This document shows, piece by piece, positions 36,026 to 45,623 of a stretch of 64,000 nucleotides of DNA; positions within the stretch are counted from its first letter, which is position 1; each line of letters opens with the position of its first letter. A model generated the notes under the pieces. The model was not told the DNA's origin and made no database searches. It saw only the letters and a program-made list of their open reading frames with translations. This DNA comes from Bryobacterales bacterium. Lineage in GTDB: Bacteria > Acidobacteriota > Terriglobia > Bryobacterales > Bryobacteraceae. A program made the position numbers and the translations under genes. The stretch lies in NCBI GenBank assembly GCA_037916615.1, contig JBAIXM010000051.1, forward strand, positions 10,228-74,227. The letters are read 5' to 3'.

Positions 36026-36829
36026 CTATTTCTTTGCGGGCGGCTGCTTAGACTGCTGCTGATCCCGTTTGGGCTGGTCTTGTTTGGGTTGCTCGACCTC
36101 GTCGCCGAAGGTGATCGTGGACTCAGCCTTGAACTGCTTATAGTCCTCATACCGAACGGTTTGCTTGATGCGCTGGTCGAATTCCGGGAAGTGCAAAGTA
36201 GCGTTGGCGATGGTGTAGGTCGGGAACCAGTACTTCCCGTCGATCTGCTCTCGATAAGTCTCGAATTTGGGGTAAGCGTTTCCCTTCTTGAATACGCCCG
36301 TACCGCGGCCGTAGGTTTTGACGATTTGCAGGTCGCGGTCGTCCACCCACACGATGCCTTCGAAATAGCGCTGCCCGGAGTCCACTTTTTTGGGTTTCAC
36401 GGCGAACGCGTAGCACGGAATTTCGTCCAACTTCTCCTTGCCAAGGTAACGGATCTGGTACTTGGGTAACTCCGATGTCGTGAGGACGAAGGGCTGGACG
36501 CTCCGTAGATCTTCGAGATCCTCGGGAGTGAGAAGGATATTGTGTAGCGACGAAACAGGGGCGCGGACCACCTTCTCCGTCCGCCTGCCAGATGGATCGA
36601 ACACGATATCGGAAACCGTCTCCCAGCGGCCGCTGACGCTTCCCGATCCGTCCAACTCTTGAATGCGCGCTGTCTGTCGATAGGTATAGTTCTCGCGAGC
36701 CTTGGCGAATTCCGTCTCCTTGGCGGCGAACTTCTGCACGATGTCGTCGATCTGAGTCTGGGAAAGCTCCTGCGAATCGGCCGCGAATAGTGCCGCGGCT
36801 CCGAAGACGATCAAGCCAATTACGCGCAT
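36026..36829 (-). CDS. hypothetical secreted protein, LolA-like / outer-membrane lipoprotein-sorting-like
   Basis: Start ATG 36829 (MRVIGLIVFGAAALFAADS signal peptide). Beta-rich body and a Lys/Gln/Pro-rich tail QPKQDQPKRDQQQSKQPPAKK. The fold assignment is a guess. Confidence 0.5.
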   Translation of the reverse strand: MRVIGLIVFGAAALFAADSQELSQTQIDDIVQKFAAKETEFAKARENYTYRQTARIQELDGSGSVSGRWETVSDIVFDPSGRRTEKVVRAPVSSLHNILLTPEDLEDLRSVQPFVLTTSELPKYQIRYLGKEKLDEIPCYAFAVKPKKVDSGQRYFEGIVWVDDRDLQIVKTYGRGTGVFKKGNAYPKFETYREQIDGKYWFPTYTIANATLHFPEFDQRIKQTVRYEDYKQFKAESTITFGDEVEQPKQDQPKRDQQQSKQPPAKK

Positions 36830-36858
36830 GGAACCTCCTCTGGGTTGGACGAACATGG

Positions 36859-38034
36859 CTATTTCTGGTTGCCGAGCAGTTGCTTCGCGATGGTCAGCCG
36901 CTGCATGTTGCTGGTGCCTTCGTAAATCCGGCCGATCTTGGCGTCGCGGTACAGCTTCTCGACCGGGTAATCCTTCGTGAACCCAACGCCGCCGAAAACT
37001 TCCACGGCCCTCGACGCTACGCGTTCGGCCACCTGCGAAGCATAGTACTTGCACATGGCCGCTTCCATGAGGTACGGGCGTCCGGCGTCTTTTAACCGGG
37101 CGGCGTTGTAAACCATCAGCCGGGCGGCCTCCACTTCCACCGCCATGTCCGCCAATTCGAATTGTACTCCCTGAAAATCGGCGATCGGTTTCCCGAACTG
37201 CTTGCGCTGGCGGGCGTGGGCGAGCGCGTGATCCAGGGCGCCTTGAGCCAGGCCGGTCATCTGGGCGCCGATCCCGATCCGGCCCTGATTCAGCGTCTCG
37301 ATGGCGATCTTGTACCCTTGGCCGATCTCGCCAATCACGTTGCCCTTGGGGACACGGCAGTCATCCAGAATCAGCTCGCAGGTGGAGGAGGCGCGAATCC
37401 CCAGCTTGTCCTCTTTCTTGCCGACCCCGAAACCGGGGAAGTCGCGCTCAATGAGGAATGCCGTGATGCCTTTGTATCCTGCTTCCGGGTTCATGGTTGC
37501 AAAAACCAGGAACAGGTTTGCTTCGGCGGCATTCGTGATCCAAAGTTTGCGCCCAGTGAGATGGTACTCATCTCCGGATTCCACGGCGCGCGTTGCGAGC
37601 GCGAAGGCGTCCGATCCGGAGCCGGCTTCCGACAGCGCATAGCTCGCGACCCAATCGGATGCCGCTCTCGGAAGCCAGCGCCGCCGTTGGTCGTCCTTTG
37701 CCCAGCGCAGCAGAGCGTTGTTGAACAACGTATTCTGCACGTCCACGATCACCGAGGCCGAAGGATCGACTTTCGCCAGCTCCTCGATGGCCAGAATCGT
37801 TTGAAAGAATGATCCGCCTTGTCCGCCGTATTCTTCGGGAACGTCAACGGCCATCAATCCCATTGCAAAAAATTCCGCGATCAGATCCTTGCGAAAAGCG
37901 CCGGATTCGTCCATCGCGCGCACGTGCGGGGCCAGGCGCTCGGCCGCGAATTTCCGGACTGAGGCCTGGAACAACTGTTCTTCTTCGCTGAGTTGGGTCA
38001 GCGGCGCGGCGACGTGCTTGTCGGCGGCCAGCAT
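36859..38034 (-). CDS. acyl-CoA dehydrogenase
   Basis: Start ATG 38034 (MLAADKH...). ACAD motifs YALSEAGSGSDA, GIRASSTCELILDDCRVP, IYEGTSNMQRLTIAK. The Ser-rich 5' extension was rejected. Confidence 0.9.
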   Translation of the reverse strand: MLAADKHVAAPLTQLSEEEQLFQASVRKFAAERLAPHVRAMDESGAFRKDLIAEFFAMGLMAVDVPEEYGGQGGSFFQTILAIEELAKVDPSASVIVDVQNTLFNNALLRWAKDDQRRRWLPRAASDWVASYALSEAGSGSDAFALATRAVESGDEYHLTGRKLWITNAAEANLFLVFATMNPEAGYKGITAFLIERDFPGFGVGKKEDKLGIRASSTCELILDDCRVPKGNVIGEIGQGYKIAIETLNQGRIGIGAQMTGLAQGALDHALAHARQRKQFGKPIADFQGVQFELADMAVEVEAARLMVYNAARLKDAGRPYLMEAAMCKYYASQVAERVASRAVEVFGGVGFTKDYPVEKLYRDAKIGRIYEGTSNMQRLTIAKQLLGNQK

Positions 38035-38074
38035 CTCTTTGATTGTATATTGGCAACCGTCTGACTCTTTCGAA

Positions 38075-38239
38075 ATGACAAATTGGACCACTCTTGCCCG
38101 GGCCGCAAATCCTCCCGTACCCGATGAACTGCTGCCGGATGTAATTCCCGCGCTCGAAAGACTGGAATCGGCGCTGAGCGCACTCGAACAGCGGCTGTCC
38201 CCCGACACCCTGCTGTGGCCGGCTGAGGACCAGGAGTGA
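38075..38239 (+). CDS. small hypothetical protein (54 aa), translationally coupled to the amidase; GatC/AtzG-like position
   Basis: ATG 38075. [54 protein letters not shown]. Its TGA overlaps the amidase GTG (GTGA at 38236-38239). Codon usage looks coding. Confidence 0.4.
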   Translation: MTNWTTLARAANPPVPDELLPDVIPALERLESALSALEQRLSPDTLLWPAEDQE

Positions 38240-39588
38240 CCATCGCCAAAATCGGCGCTCTATTGCGCCAACGGAAGCTCTCCATTCACGAATTGACGGA
38301 ACAGACCCTCCGGAAGATCGAGGAGTGGAATCCGCGCTTAAATGCGTTCATCACGGTGACGGATGCGCCGGCGCGCGCGTGCGCGGAAGCCTTGGACGCC
38401 GACCTCTCGCGCGGCATCGATCGCGGTCCTCTGCACGGAATCCCGATCGCGCACAAGGATAATATTTTCACGCGAGGGATCCGGACCACCAGCGGATCGA
38501 AAATATTCGCGGATTTCGTTCCGGAAAGCGACGCAGAGATCGTGCGCCAGTTGGAGGAAGCTGGCTCCCTGATGATCGGCAAAGCCGGTCTGCACGAGTT
38601 TGCTTACGGAATCACTTCGAACAATCCGCATTTCGGCGCTATCCGGAATCCTTGGGACTTGGATCGCATCCCCGGAGGGTCGAGCGGCGGATCGGCGGCG
38701 GCCATCGCGGCTGGAATCGTTGAGCTGGCTACCGGTACCGATACAGGAGGCTCGATTCGCACGCCCGCGTCGTTCTGCGGCGTCGTGGGATTGAAACCGA
38801 CGTATGAACGGGTGAGCCGCAAGGGCATCATGCCGCTCGGCCTGACGCTGGATCACGCCGGACTGATGGGCGGCACGGTTCGCGATGTGGCGCTGGGGTT
38901 CAGCGCAGTCGCAAAGCACCCCAGCCATTACGTGCCGCCCGCTCACGCGGAACTTCGCGGCATGCGGATCGGCGTGCCAGAGAATTTCTTCGTGGAAAGG
39001 ATCGCTCCGGACGTGATGCAGTCGTTCCGGGGCGCAGTCCAGACAGCCGCGGCTCTGGGCGCCCACGTAACTGAAGTGCGATTGCCGGACGCCGGAGATC
39101 TCAATGTGGTGGGCCGCATCGTGCAGCTCTCCGAAGTATCTGCCTTGCTAGCCCGGCATCTGGACCGGCGCGAGGAACTCGGGCGCGATATTGCCGTCTT
39201 GCTGGAGCAGGGCCGTCTGATTCCCGCCACCGAGTACGTGAGCGCGCAGCGGGTGCGGACGATATTGGCCCGGGACTTCGCCAAGATCTGGCAGAACCTG
39301 GACTGTCTGATGACGCCCGCCACGCCAATGACGGCGCCCAAAATCGGGGAGACGACTGTCGCGTTGGGGCCGGTCATCGAAGACGTTCGCATGGCGGCCA
39401 CCAGGCTGGTCCGGCCCTTCAACGTCCTGGGCTGGCCCGCGCTGGCCCTGCCTTCCGGATTTTCGGTCGCGGGATTACCGATCGGATTACAGCTTGTCGC
39501 GCCGCCCAATCAGGAAGACACACTCCTGCAAGCGGGCGCGGCGCTGGAAGATGCGTTCGGATTGACCGGCAGGCGCCCGGCGGCTTAG
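38236..39588 (+). CDS. amidase-signature family amidohydrolase (GatA/AtzE-like)
   Basis: AS signature [14 protein letters not shown]...[16 protein letters not shown]. Catalytic Lys context IAHKDNI. Confidence 0.9.
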   Translation: MTIAKIGALLRQRKLSIHELTEQTLRKIEEWNPRLNAFITVTDAPARACAEALDADLSRGIDRGPLHGIPIAHKDNIFTRGIRTTSGSKIFADFVPESDAEIVRQLEEAGSLMIGKAGLHEFAYGITSNNPHFGAIRNPWDLDRIPGGSSGGSAAAIAAGIVELATGTDTGGSIRTPASFCGVVGLKPTYERVSRKGIMPLGLTLDHAGLMGGTVRDVALGFSAVAKHPSHYVPPAHAELRGMRIGVPENFFVERIAPDVMQSFRGAVQTAAALGAHVTEVRLPDAGDLNVVGRIVQLSEVSALLARHLDRREELGRDIAVLLEQGRLIPATEYVSAQRVRTILARDFAKIWQNLDCLMTPATPMTAPKIGETTVALGPVIEDVRMAATRLVRPFNVLGWPALALPSGFSVAGLPIGLQLVAPPNQEDTLLQAGAALEDAFGLTGRRPAA

Positions 39589-40943
39589 TCCGGAAGCTTC
39601 TCCGGCGGTTCGGTGAGCCAGAACGTGAGAACCAGCGCGAGTAGATATACGCCTGCGCCGACCACCGCCGCCGCGTAGGCCAACTGCGCTCCCGGGAGCG
39701 CTGCGGGCATCAGCGCCGCGAGATGCGTCGTGAGGAAAGACGCTGATGTCCCCACCATCCGGCCGCCGACATTGGCCGCGAAGCCTTCGCCCGTACCGCG
39801 AAGATGCAGCGGATAAATGCGGGGCATATAGTTTCCCAGAAATGTAAGCTGCGCGACCGTGGTGAATCCGGCGATGAAGATGCCGATGCGGAACAGCTCC
39901 AGACTACGCGTGCCGGTGTAGACGAATACCAGGGGCGTGATAACTAACCCCGGAATCAAAAAGGCTCGCAATACAGTGCGGCGGCTGACGATCAGCAGCC
40001 CCAGGCTTGCGATCGCGAATCTGCCGGCGAGTCCTCCGGCTTCCTGCAAGGTCTGCACACTGGCCGCCGCTTGCCCGCGCTCCGAGGTGGGAAGCTGGCG
40101 AATTTCAGGAAGGCCCGCGGCGATCTGAGGCGATTGTTGAATCGTCCCGAACGCGGCGCCATACGCGCAGGCGAACAGCAGGGCGGTGACGATCGTATCG
40201 CGGCGGAACTCGGGCCGGAACAGTTCCGCGATGCTTGGGCGTTTCAACGTGCCTTCCAGGCGGCGTTGCTGCCATTGCGGAGACTCCGGCAGGAACGGCC
40301 GGATGAGCATGAGCGGAATCGCCGGCGCCAGGCCGGAAATCAGCGTGTATCGCCATGCGGAATGCCCGCCGTAAATCGGAGGCAGACTTGCTCCGTAGCG
40401 GTTCGCCAGGTAGAAGGCCGCCGCCACTAACGCGCCGCCGAGCGAAGAGAACAACTGCGTGTATCCGAGTACCGCTTCGCGAATCTTCGGTTCCGGGAAG
40501 AGTTCCGCAAGCCAGGCGACCGCGGCCACGAATTCCACGCAGACCCCGGCGAAACACAGAGCTCGAAACACGAGCAGGGTTTCCATGCGGGTGGACATTC
40601 CAGCGGAAAGGGCCGAGACGGTGTAGAGCAGGATGCTCCAGACCAGTACGCGCCGCCGGCCGAAGCGATCGGCCAGATAGCCGCCCCACAGCCCGCAAAA
40701 TCCTCCGGTCAGGGGCGGGATCCAGAACAGCAGGCCGGTCCAAAAGCGGTATTCGGGCGTGCCGGGAGAGAACCCCCCAAGTTCCATGACGGCCGGCTGC
40801 AGGACCAGAGGGGCGACCAGGACTTCGTAGATGTCGAAGAGAAATCCGAGCGAGGCCATCGCGCAGATCGTCCATTTGACGGGAGCAGAAATACGGGCGG
40901 GATCCGGCATGGAACACGTCAGGCTAGCACAGAGCAGTCTCAC
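39585..40943 (-). CDS. MFS transporter
   Basis: 452 aa with about 12 predicted TM segments. MFS loop motif GGYLADRFGRRRV. Start may be the internal ATG (MPDPARIS...). Confidence 0.85.
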   Translation of the reverse strand: MRLLCASLTCSMPDPARISAPVKWTICAMASLGFLFDIYEVLVAPLVLQPAVMELGGFSPGTPEYRFWTGLLFWIPPLTGGFCGLWGGYLADRFGRRRVLVWSILLYTVSALSAGMSTRMETLLVFRALCFAGVCVEFVAAVAWLAELFPEPKIREAVLGYTQLFSSLGGALVAAAFYLANRYGASLPPIYGGHSAWRYTLISGLAPAIPLMLIRPFLPESPQWQQRRLEGTLKRPSIAELFRPEFRRDTIVTALLFACAYGAAFGTIQQSPQIAAGLPEIRQLPTSERGQAAASVQTLQEAGGLAGRFAIASLGLLIVSRRTVLRAFLIPGLVITPLVFVYTGTRSLELFRIGIFIAGFTTVAQLTFLGNYMPRIYPLHLRGTGEGFAANVGGRMVGTSASFLTTHLAALMPAALPGAQLAYAAAVVGAGVYLLALVLTFWLTEPPEKLPD

Positions 40944-40978
40944 TGAGACAATCGGCGGCGATCTTTTACTAAGGTGGT

Positions 40979-41527
40979 ATGCGTGTTCAACCCAAGAAAG
41001 CCAAAACCACGGTGCTTTCCGTGCCCGTTCACGCCGTTGAACGGAGGATCTACCTGATTCGGGGCCAGAAGGTCATGCTGGATGCGGATCTTGCGGAGCT
41101 CTAAAGAGTACCTACGAAACGTGTGAACGAGCAAGTAAGACGTAATCGCGGCCGTTTCCCGAGGGATTTCATGTTCCGACTGACGGCTGCGGAGGCCGAA
41201 AACTTGAGGTCGCAAAATGCGACTTCAAGTTGGGGCGGCCGGCGAACCCTCCCCTATGCTTTCACCGAGCATGGCGTCGCGATGCTTTCCGCAGTGCTCG
41301 CCAGCGAGCGCGCGGTTAAGATGAGTGTTCTGATCATCCGCGCCTTCGTGCGCATGCGCGAGTTCCTGGCAGCGCATAAAGACCTCGCGTCGCGGGTCGA
41401 ACGGCTTGAGGATACACAGAACCGGCACGCTTCCGTCATCAACATACTTGCGGAGGAAATCAGCGACTTGAAACAACTCCCACCGCCTCCTCCGAAGCGG
41501 CGGATTGGATTTCCGCGGCCCGCATAA
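40979..41527 (+). pseudogene. ORF6N-domain (KilA-N-related, phage-associated DNA-binding) gene interrupted by one in-frame TAA
   Basis: ATG 40979 gives MRVQPKKAKTTVLSVPVHAVERRIYLIRGQKVMLDADLAEL. Then TAA (41102-41104), then the same frame continues as RVPTKRVNEQVRRNRGRFPRDFMFRLT...WGGRRTLPYAFTEHGVAMLSAVL. The stop sits where the family consensus has Tyr (LAELYGV). Confidence 0.75.
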
Positions 41528-41572
41528 CGAATCGGCAGGCTTGAAGGGCGGATGATACATTGACAGTAGGCC

Positions 41573-42394
41573 ATGCAAAGAACCAGTGACGTCGCTCAAC
41601 TGGCGGAGATCACGAAACGCATGCGGCGCACTGCGATCGAGATGATCGCTGAGGCTGGTTCGGGCCACCCGGGCGGATCCCTCTCGGCGGCCGAAATCGT
41701 GGTCACCCTTTACTTCGACGTGCTCCGCCACGATCCGGAGAATCCCGCGTGGCCGGATCGCGACCGCTTCATTTTGTCGAAGGGACACTGCTGTCCGATC
41801 CTCTACGCAGTCCTGGCCGAGTGCGGCTATTGCCCGAAGGACAAGCTGATGACGTTGCGCAAGCTCGGGTCGCCGTATCAGGGCCATCCGGACGTGCGCT
41901 TCCTGCCCGCGCTGGAGGCCTCGACGGGCTCCTTGGGATTGGGTCTTTCGCTCGGAATGGGGATGGCGTTGGCGGCGCGACTGAACAAAGGCAAGTCGAG
42001 GTCCTACGTAGTGCTGGGAGACGGCGAAATCCAAGAAGGCCAGATTTGGGAGGCGGCCATGGCGGCTGCGTTTCACCATGTGGACAATCTGGTGGCGATC
42101 GTCGATTACAACCAGATCCAGTTGGACGGATTCGTGAAGGACATCATGAGCCTGGAGCCCCTCGCGGACAAATGGCGGAGCTTCGGATGGCACGTGGTTG
42201 AGGCGTACGGGCATGACATCGCGGCGCTGCAAAGCGCGTTCGGAGAAGCCGCATCGATGCAAGGCCGACCAACCTGCATCATCGCGCACACCATCAAGGG
42301 GAAGGGCGTTTCGTTCATGGAAAACAACCCCAAGTTTCACGGCACGGCTCCTACGCGTGAGGAGTGCGCGCGAGCCCTTCAGGAGCTGGCCTGA
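41573..42394 (+). CDS. transketolase, N-terminal subunit (split form)
   Basis: GSGHPGGSLSAAEI, ILSKGHCCPILYA, GSLGLGLS, GDGEIQEGQIWEA. Confidence 0.92.
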   Translation: MQRTSDVAQLAEITKRMRRTAIEMIAEAGSGHPGGSLSAAEIVVTLYFDVLRHDPENPAWPDRDRFILSKGHCCPILYAVLAECGYCPKDKLMTLRKLGSPYQGHPDVRFLPALEASTGSLGLGLSLGMGMALAARLNKGKSRSYVVLGDGEIQEGQIWEAAMAAAFHHVDNLVAIVDYNQIQLDGFVKDIMSLEPLADKWRSFGWHVVEAYGHDIAALQSAFGEAASMQGRPTCIIAHTIKGKGVSFMENNPKFHGTAPTREECARALQELA

Positions 42395-43359
42395 TGCCCG
42401 CAAAAACAAAATTCGAACTGAAGATGGGCATGGCCACGCGTGAAGCCTTCGGAAAGGCGCTGGTCGAGCTCGGCCGCACAAATCCGAATGTGGTGGCCCT
42501 GGATGCGGACCTCTCGAAATCCACATACACTGCCGCGTTCGCCAAGGAATTTCCGGACCGGTTCTTCGAGTGCGGCATCGCCGAAGCGAACATGATTGCC
42601 ATCGGCTCCGGCCTGGCCTCCGCGGGAAAGATTCCGTTCGCTTCGAGTTTTTCGGTGTTCGCGCTAAACAAGGGATTTGAGCAGTTGCGCGTAACCGCCG
42701 CGTATCCGAACGTCAATCTCAAAGTTGTCGGCACGCACAGCGGGATCTCCATCGGCGAAGATGGCCCCTCCCAGATGAGCGTCGAGGATCTGAGCCTGGC
42801 ATGCTCCCTGCCGGGGTTCACCGTGCTGGCGCCGGCGGACGAGATCGCGATGATCGAGCTGGTCAAGCTTGCGGCGGCGCATTTCGGGCCGGTTTTCATC
42901 CGCGCCGGACGCCCGAAAGTTCCGAGAGTTTACGAACAGGGCCAGCAGTTCAAGATCGGCGAAGCGATCGAACTGGTTGAAGGCTCCGATGTGACGTTGA
43001 TCAGCACGGGTCTGCTGGTAGGCGAATCGATCCGCGCCGCCGAGACTCTCGAAGCCCAAGGGATTTCCGCGCGAGTTCTGGACTTCCACACGATCAAGCC
43101 GCTGGATCGCGAGGCGATTGCAAGGGCAGCGCGCGAAACCCGGGCGATCGTCGTCGCCGAGGAGCACCTCGTCGACGGCGGACTAGGCGTGCGCGTGGCG
43201 CAGGTGGTCGCCGAAACGCATCCGGCCGCGATGGAATTTGTCGGGATCCAGAACACCTATGCGGAATCGGGCACGCCGGAGCAGTTGCTGGACAAATACG
43301 GCCTGCTCGCGCGAGATGTCGCCGCAGCCGCCCGGCGGGCGGTTAAACGGAAACGCTAG
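42394..43359 (+). CDS. transketolase, C-terminal subunit (split form)
   Basis: ATG 42394 shares one base with the upstream TGA (TGATG). FPDRFFECGIAEANM, GEDGPSQMSVEDL, FHTIKPLD. Confidence 0.92.
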   Translation: MPAKTKFELKMGMATREAFGKALVELGRTNPNVVALDADLSKSTYTAAFAKEFPDRFFECGIAEANMIAIGSGLASAGKIPFASSFSVFALNKGFEQLRVTAAYPNVNLKVVGTHSGISIGEDGPSQMSVEDLSLACSLPGFTVLAPADEIAMIELVKLAAAHFGPVFIRAGRPKVPRVYEQGQQFKIGEAIELVEGSDVTLISTGLLVGESIRAAETLEAQGISARVLDFHTIKPLDREAIARAARETRAIVVAEEHLVDGGLGVRVAQVVAETHPAAMEFVGIQNTYAESGTPEQLLDKYGLLARDVAAAARRAVKRKR

Positions 43360-43369
43360 GCTCTCAAAA

Positions 43370-44023
43370 ATGGCCAAGCCCAGGCGGCCTGCCGGCGGGA
43401 GCGGCAATCCCGCTCAAACACAGTTGCGGGAGATGGCGGCTCGCTACATCGAAGCGCGCAATACGCTGGTACGCGCGGGCCGGAGGCTGCACGATCTTGT
43501 CGGATCGTCGCTTTCCGCCGCGGGGTTGCAGCTTCAACTGCTGCGGATGGATAACCCCGGCATTCAACCCAAAATCGATGAAGCGATTCGCACGCTCGAT
43601 GAGGCTTTGGACCGCCTTCGGGCCCTGAGCCGTGAAGTGGATTCGTCACCGGCGCACCGCGGCGGGCTGAAGCAGGCTCTGCGCCGGCTCTCGGAAGAGA
43701 TTTCGGGGCGGTGCGATGTGACCTTTGAATATTCCGCGGTTCTCACCCTGCCGCCCGAGATGGATGTGGCTCTCTACGATGCGGCGCATGGCGTCATCGA
43801 AACGGCCCTCCAGCAGGGAGCCGCGAGCGTGAAAATCGCGGTTGCCGGCGACGGGCCGGTCATCCTGCGCATCACGGATGACGGCAAGAAAACCGGGCGT
43901 GCCCGGGCGCTCTCGCTCGCTCGTTTGCTGGCCGAAGAGCAAGGCCTGACGTTTGAATGCTCGACAGGAAAGAGTACAATTGTTTCCATTGGTTATGCCG
44001 TTCGACGTCCTGCTCGTGGATGA
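43370..44023 (+). CDS. soluble HisKA_3-type histidine-kinase-like protein with degenerate ATP-binding region
   Basis: ATG 43370. H-box-like RRLHDLVGSSLSAAGLQLQLL. DDG present (RITDDGKK). I could not find the N-box Asn or the Gly-rich G2 lid. No TM or sensor domain. Confidence 0.65.
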   Translation: MAKPRRPAGGSGNPAQTQLREMAARYIEARNTLVRAGRRLHDLVGSSLSAAGLQLQLLRMDNPGIQPKIDEAIRTLDEALDRLRALSREVDSSPAHRGGLKQALRRLSEEISGRCDVTFEYSAVLTLPPEMDVALYDAAHGVIETALQQGAASVKIAVAGDGPVILRITDDGKKTGRARALSLARLLAEEQGLTFECSTGKSTIVSIGYAVRRPARG

Positions 44024-44684
44024 TCACAAGATCATGCGCGATGGTATCAAGGCCATCCTGAACCGGTCGACCGATTTTAAGGTCGCGGGGGAAGCGGAGA
44101 ACGGAACCGATGCCGTCCAGTTCGTAAAAAAATTCCGCCCGCATCTGGTGTTGATGGATATCGGCCTGCCGGGACTGAACGGCGTGGAAACGACGGCCGA
44201 GATTCTGCGCCACCAGCCCGAGTGCAAGGTCGCCATTCTGTCCATGTATGACGACGAGAACTCGGTGGTGAGCGCGGTCCGCTCCGGCGCGCGCGCGTTC
44301 ATCCTGAAAAGGGCTTCGGACAGCGATTTGCTCGAAGCCTTGCGCATGGTGGCCGCCGGGGGCATGTATTTGAGTCCCCAGGTTTCGGACCGGCTACTCA
44401 CGCGGATTCAGAAAGGCGATCTGGAATCGCGCCAGAGGGCGCCCGTGCTTGAAGCGCTTTCGCCCCGCGAAGTCCAGGTTCTGCGCCTGGTGGCGGAAGG
44501 CAAGACCAGCAAGGAAATCGCTGTCTTGCTCGATTTGCGCGAGCAGACGGTGCGCAGCTATCGCAAGACCATGATGAAAAAGCTGAAGGTCAACAACGTC
44601 GCTGGATTGACTCAGCTCGCTCTCTCCACCGGTCTTACCGGCGCGGATCGCGCCGCGGCCAAAGCCGAAGCCCGCGGTGAGTGA
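43995..44684 (+). CDS. NarL/LuxR-family response regulator
   Basis: ATG 43995 (MPFDVLLVDDHKIMRDG), LVLMDIGLPGLNG. LuxR HTH LSPREVQVLRLVAEGKTSKEIA. Overlaps the kinase-like gene by 29 nt. Confidence 0.9.
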   Translation: MPFDVLLVDDHKIMRDGIKAILNRSTDFKVAGEAENGTDAVQFVKKFRPHLVLMDIGLPGLNGVETTAEILRHQPECKVAILSMYDDENSVVSAVRSGARAFILKRASDSDLLEALRMVAAGGMYLSPQVSDRLLTRIQKGDLESRQRAPVLEALSPREVQVLRLVAEGKTSKEIAVLLDLREQTVRSYRKTMMKKLKVNNVAGLTQLALSTGLTGADRAAAKAEARGE

Positions 44685-44700
44685 GCGCCCGTCCCTTGCG

Positions 44701-45609
44701 ATGAAACGGTCCTCGCCTTGGGGCCCTTTGCCGGTTGCCGACGCCCATCTGCATTTTTTCTCACATCCGTTTTTCTCGGCACTCGTGAATCAGAAGCCCG
44801 GTCTCACACTGGAAGCTGCCGGCGCGCTTCTAGGCTGGCAACTGCCTCCGGGGGAGCCCGAGGCGCTGGCTGCCGAATGGGTTCGGGAACTGGATCGTCA
44901 CGGCGTGTTCGCTTCTGCCTTGATCGCGAGCGTTCCAGGGGATGAAAGTTCCGTGATCGCGGCCGCGCGCCGGTTCCCGGATCGATTCTTCGCCTACGCG
45001 ATGCTGAATCCGAGCGCGCTCAACTCCGGAATGCCGGCGGCGTTTTCGGATGTGCGCGTGGCGTGCCTGTTTCCAGCCATGCATGGGTATTCGGTTCAGG
45101 ACGAGTGCGCGCGTTTGGTGTTTGAATGGGCGCGCGGCCACGGGCGCGCGGTCTTCGTGCACTGCGGCGTTTTAAGCCTCGGCGTGCGGAAGAAGCTCGG
45201 GCTGGCGTCGCCGTTTGACATGCGTTTCTCAAATCCGGTGGACCTGCACGCGATGGCGTTGCGCTATCCCGAGGTCCCGATCGTCATTCCGCATTTCGGC
45301 GCGGGTTATTTTCGAGAGGTCCTGATGCTGGCCGATCAATGCGCCAACGTGTATCTGGACACATCCAGCTCAAATCATTGGATCCGCTACCAGGCGGGGC
45401 ATCTGGCTTTGCGCGACGTCTTTCGCCACGCGCTGGAGGTGGCCGGACCGCGGCGATTGCTGTTCGGAACCGACTCGTCCTATTTCCCGCGCGGCTGGAA
45501 CCACTCGATTTTCGAGGATCAGGCCCGGGCGCTCTATGAGATCGGCGCCAGCGAAGCGGATGCGCGCGCGATTTTCGGGGAAAATCTGCTGAGAATTCTT
45601 GGCGCCTGA
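44701..45609 (+). CDS. amidohydrolase-family metal-dependent hydrolase (TIM barrel)
   Basis: VADAHLHFFSH metal-binding start, HCG..., IPHFGAGY, GTDSSYFPRGW. Start ATG 44701 (GTG 44677 is possible). Confidence 0.7.
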   Translation: MKRSSPWGPLPVADAHLHFFSHPFFSALVNQKPGLTLEAAGALLGWQLPPGEPEALAAEWVRELDRHGVFASALIASVPGDESSVIAAARRFPDRFFAYAMLNPSALNSGMPAAFSDVRVACLFPAMHGYSVQDECARLVFEWARGHGRAVFVHCGVLSLGVRKKLGLASPFDMRFSNPVDLHAMALRYPEVPIVIPHFGAGYFREVLMLADQCANVYLDTSSSNHWIRYQAGHLALRDVFRHALEVAGPRRLLFGTDSSYFPRGWNHSIFEDQARALYEIGASEADARAIFGENLLRILGA

Positions 45610-45623
45610 GCGAACGTCTATGC

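Noticed and set aside
41225-42526. 433-aa minus-strand ORF
   Set aside because: It is antisense to both transketolase subunits and the ORF6N gene. Its composition is Arg/His-rich and no motif was found.
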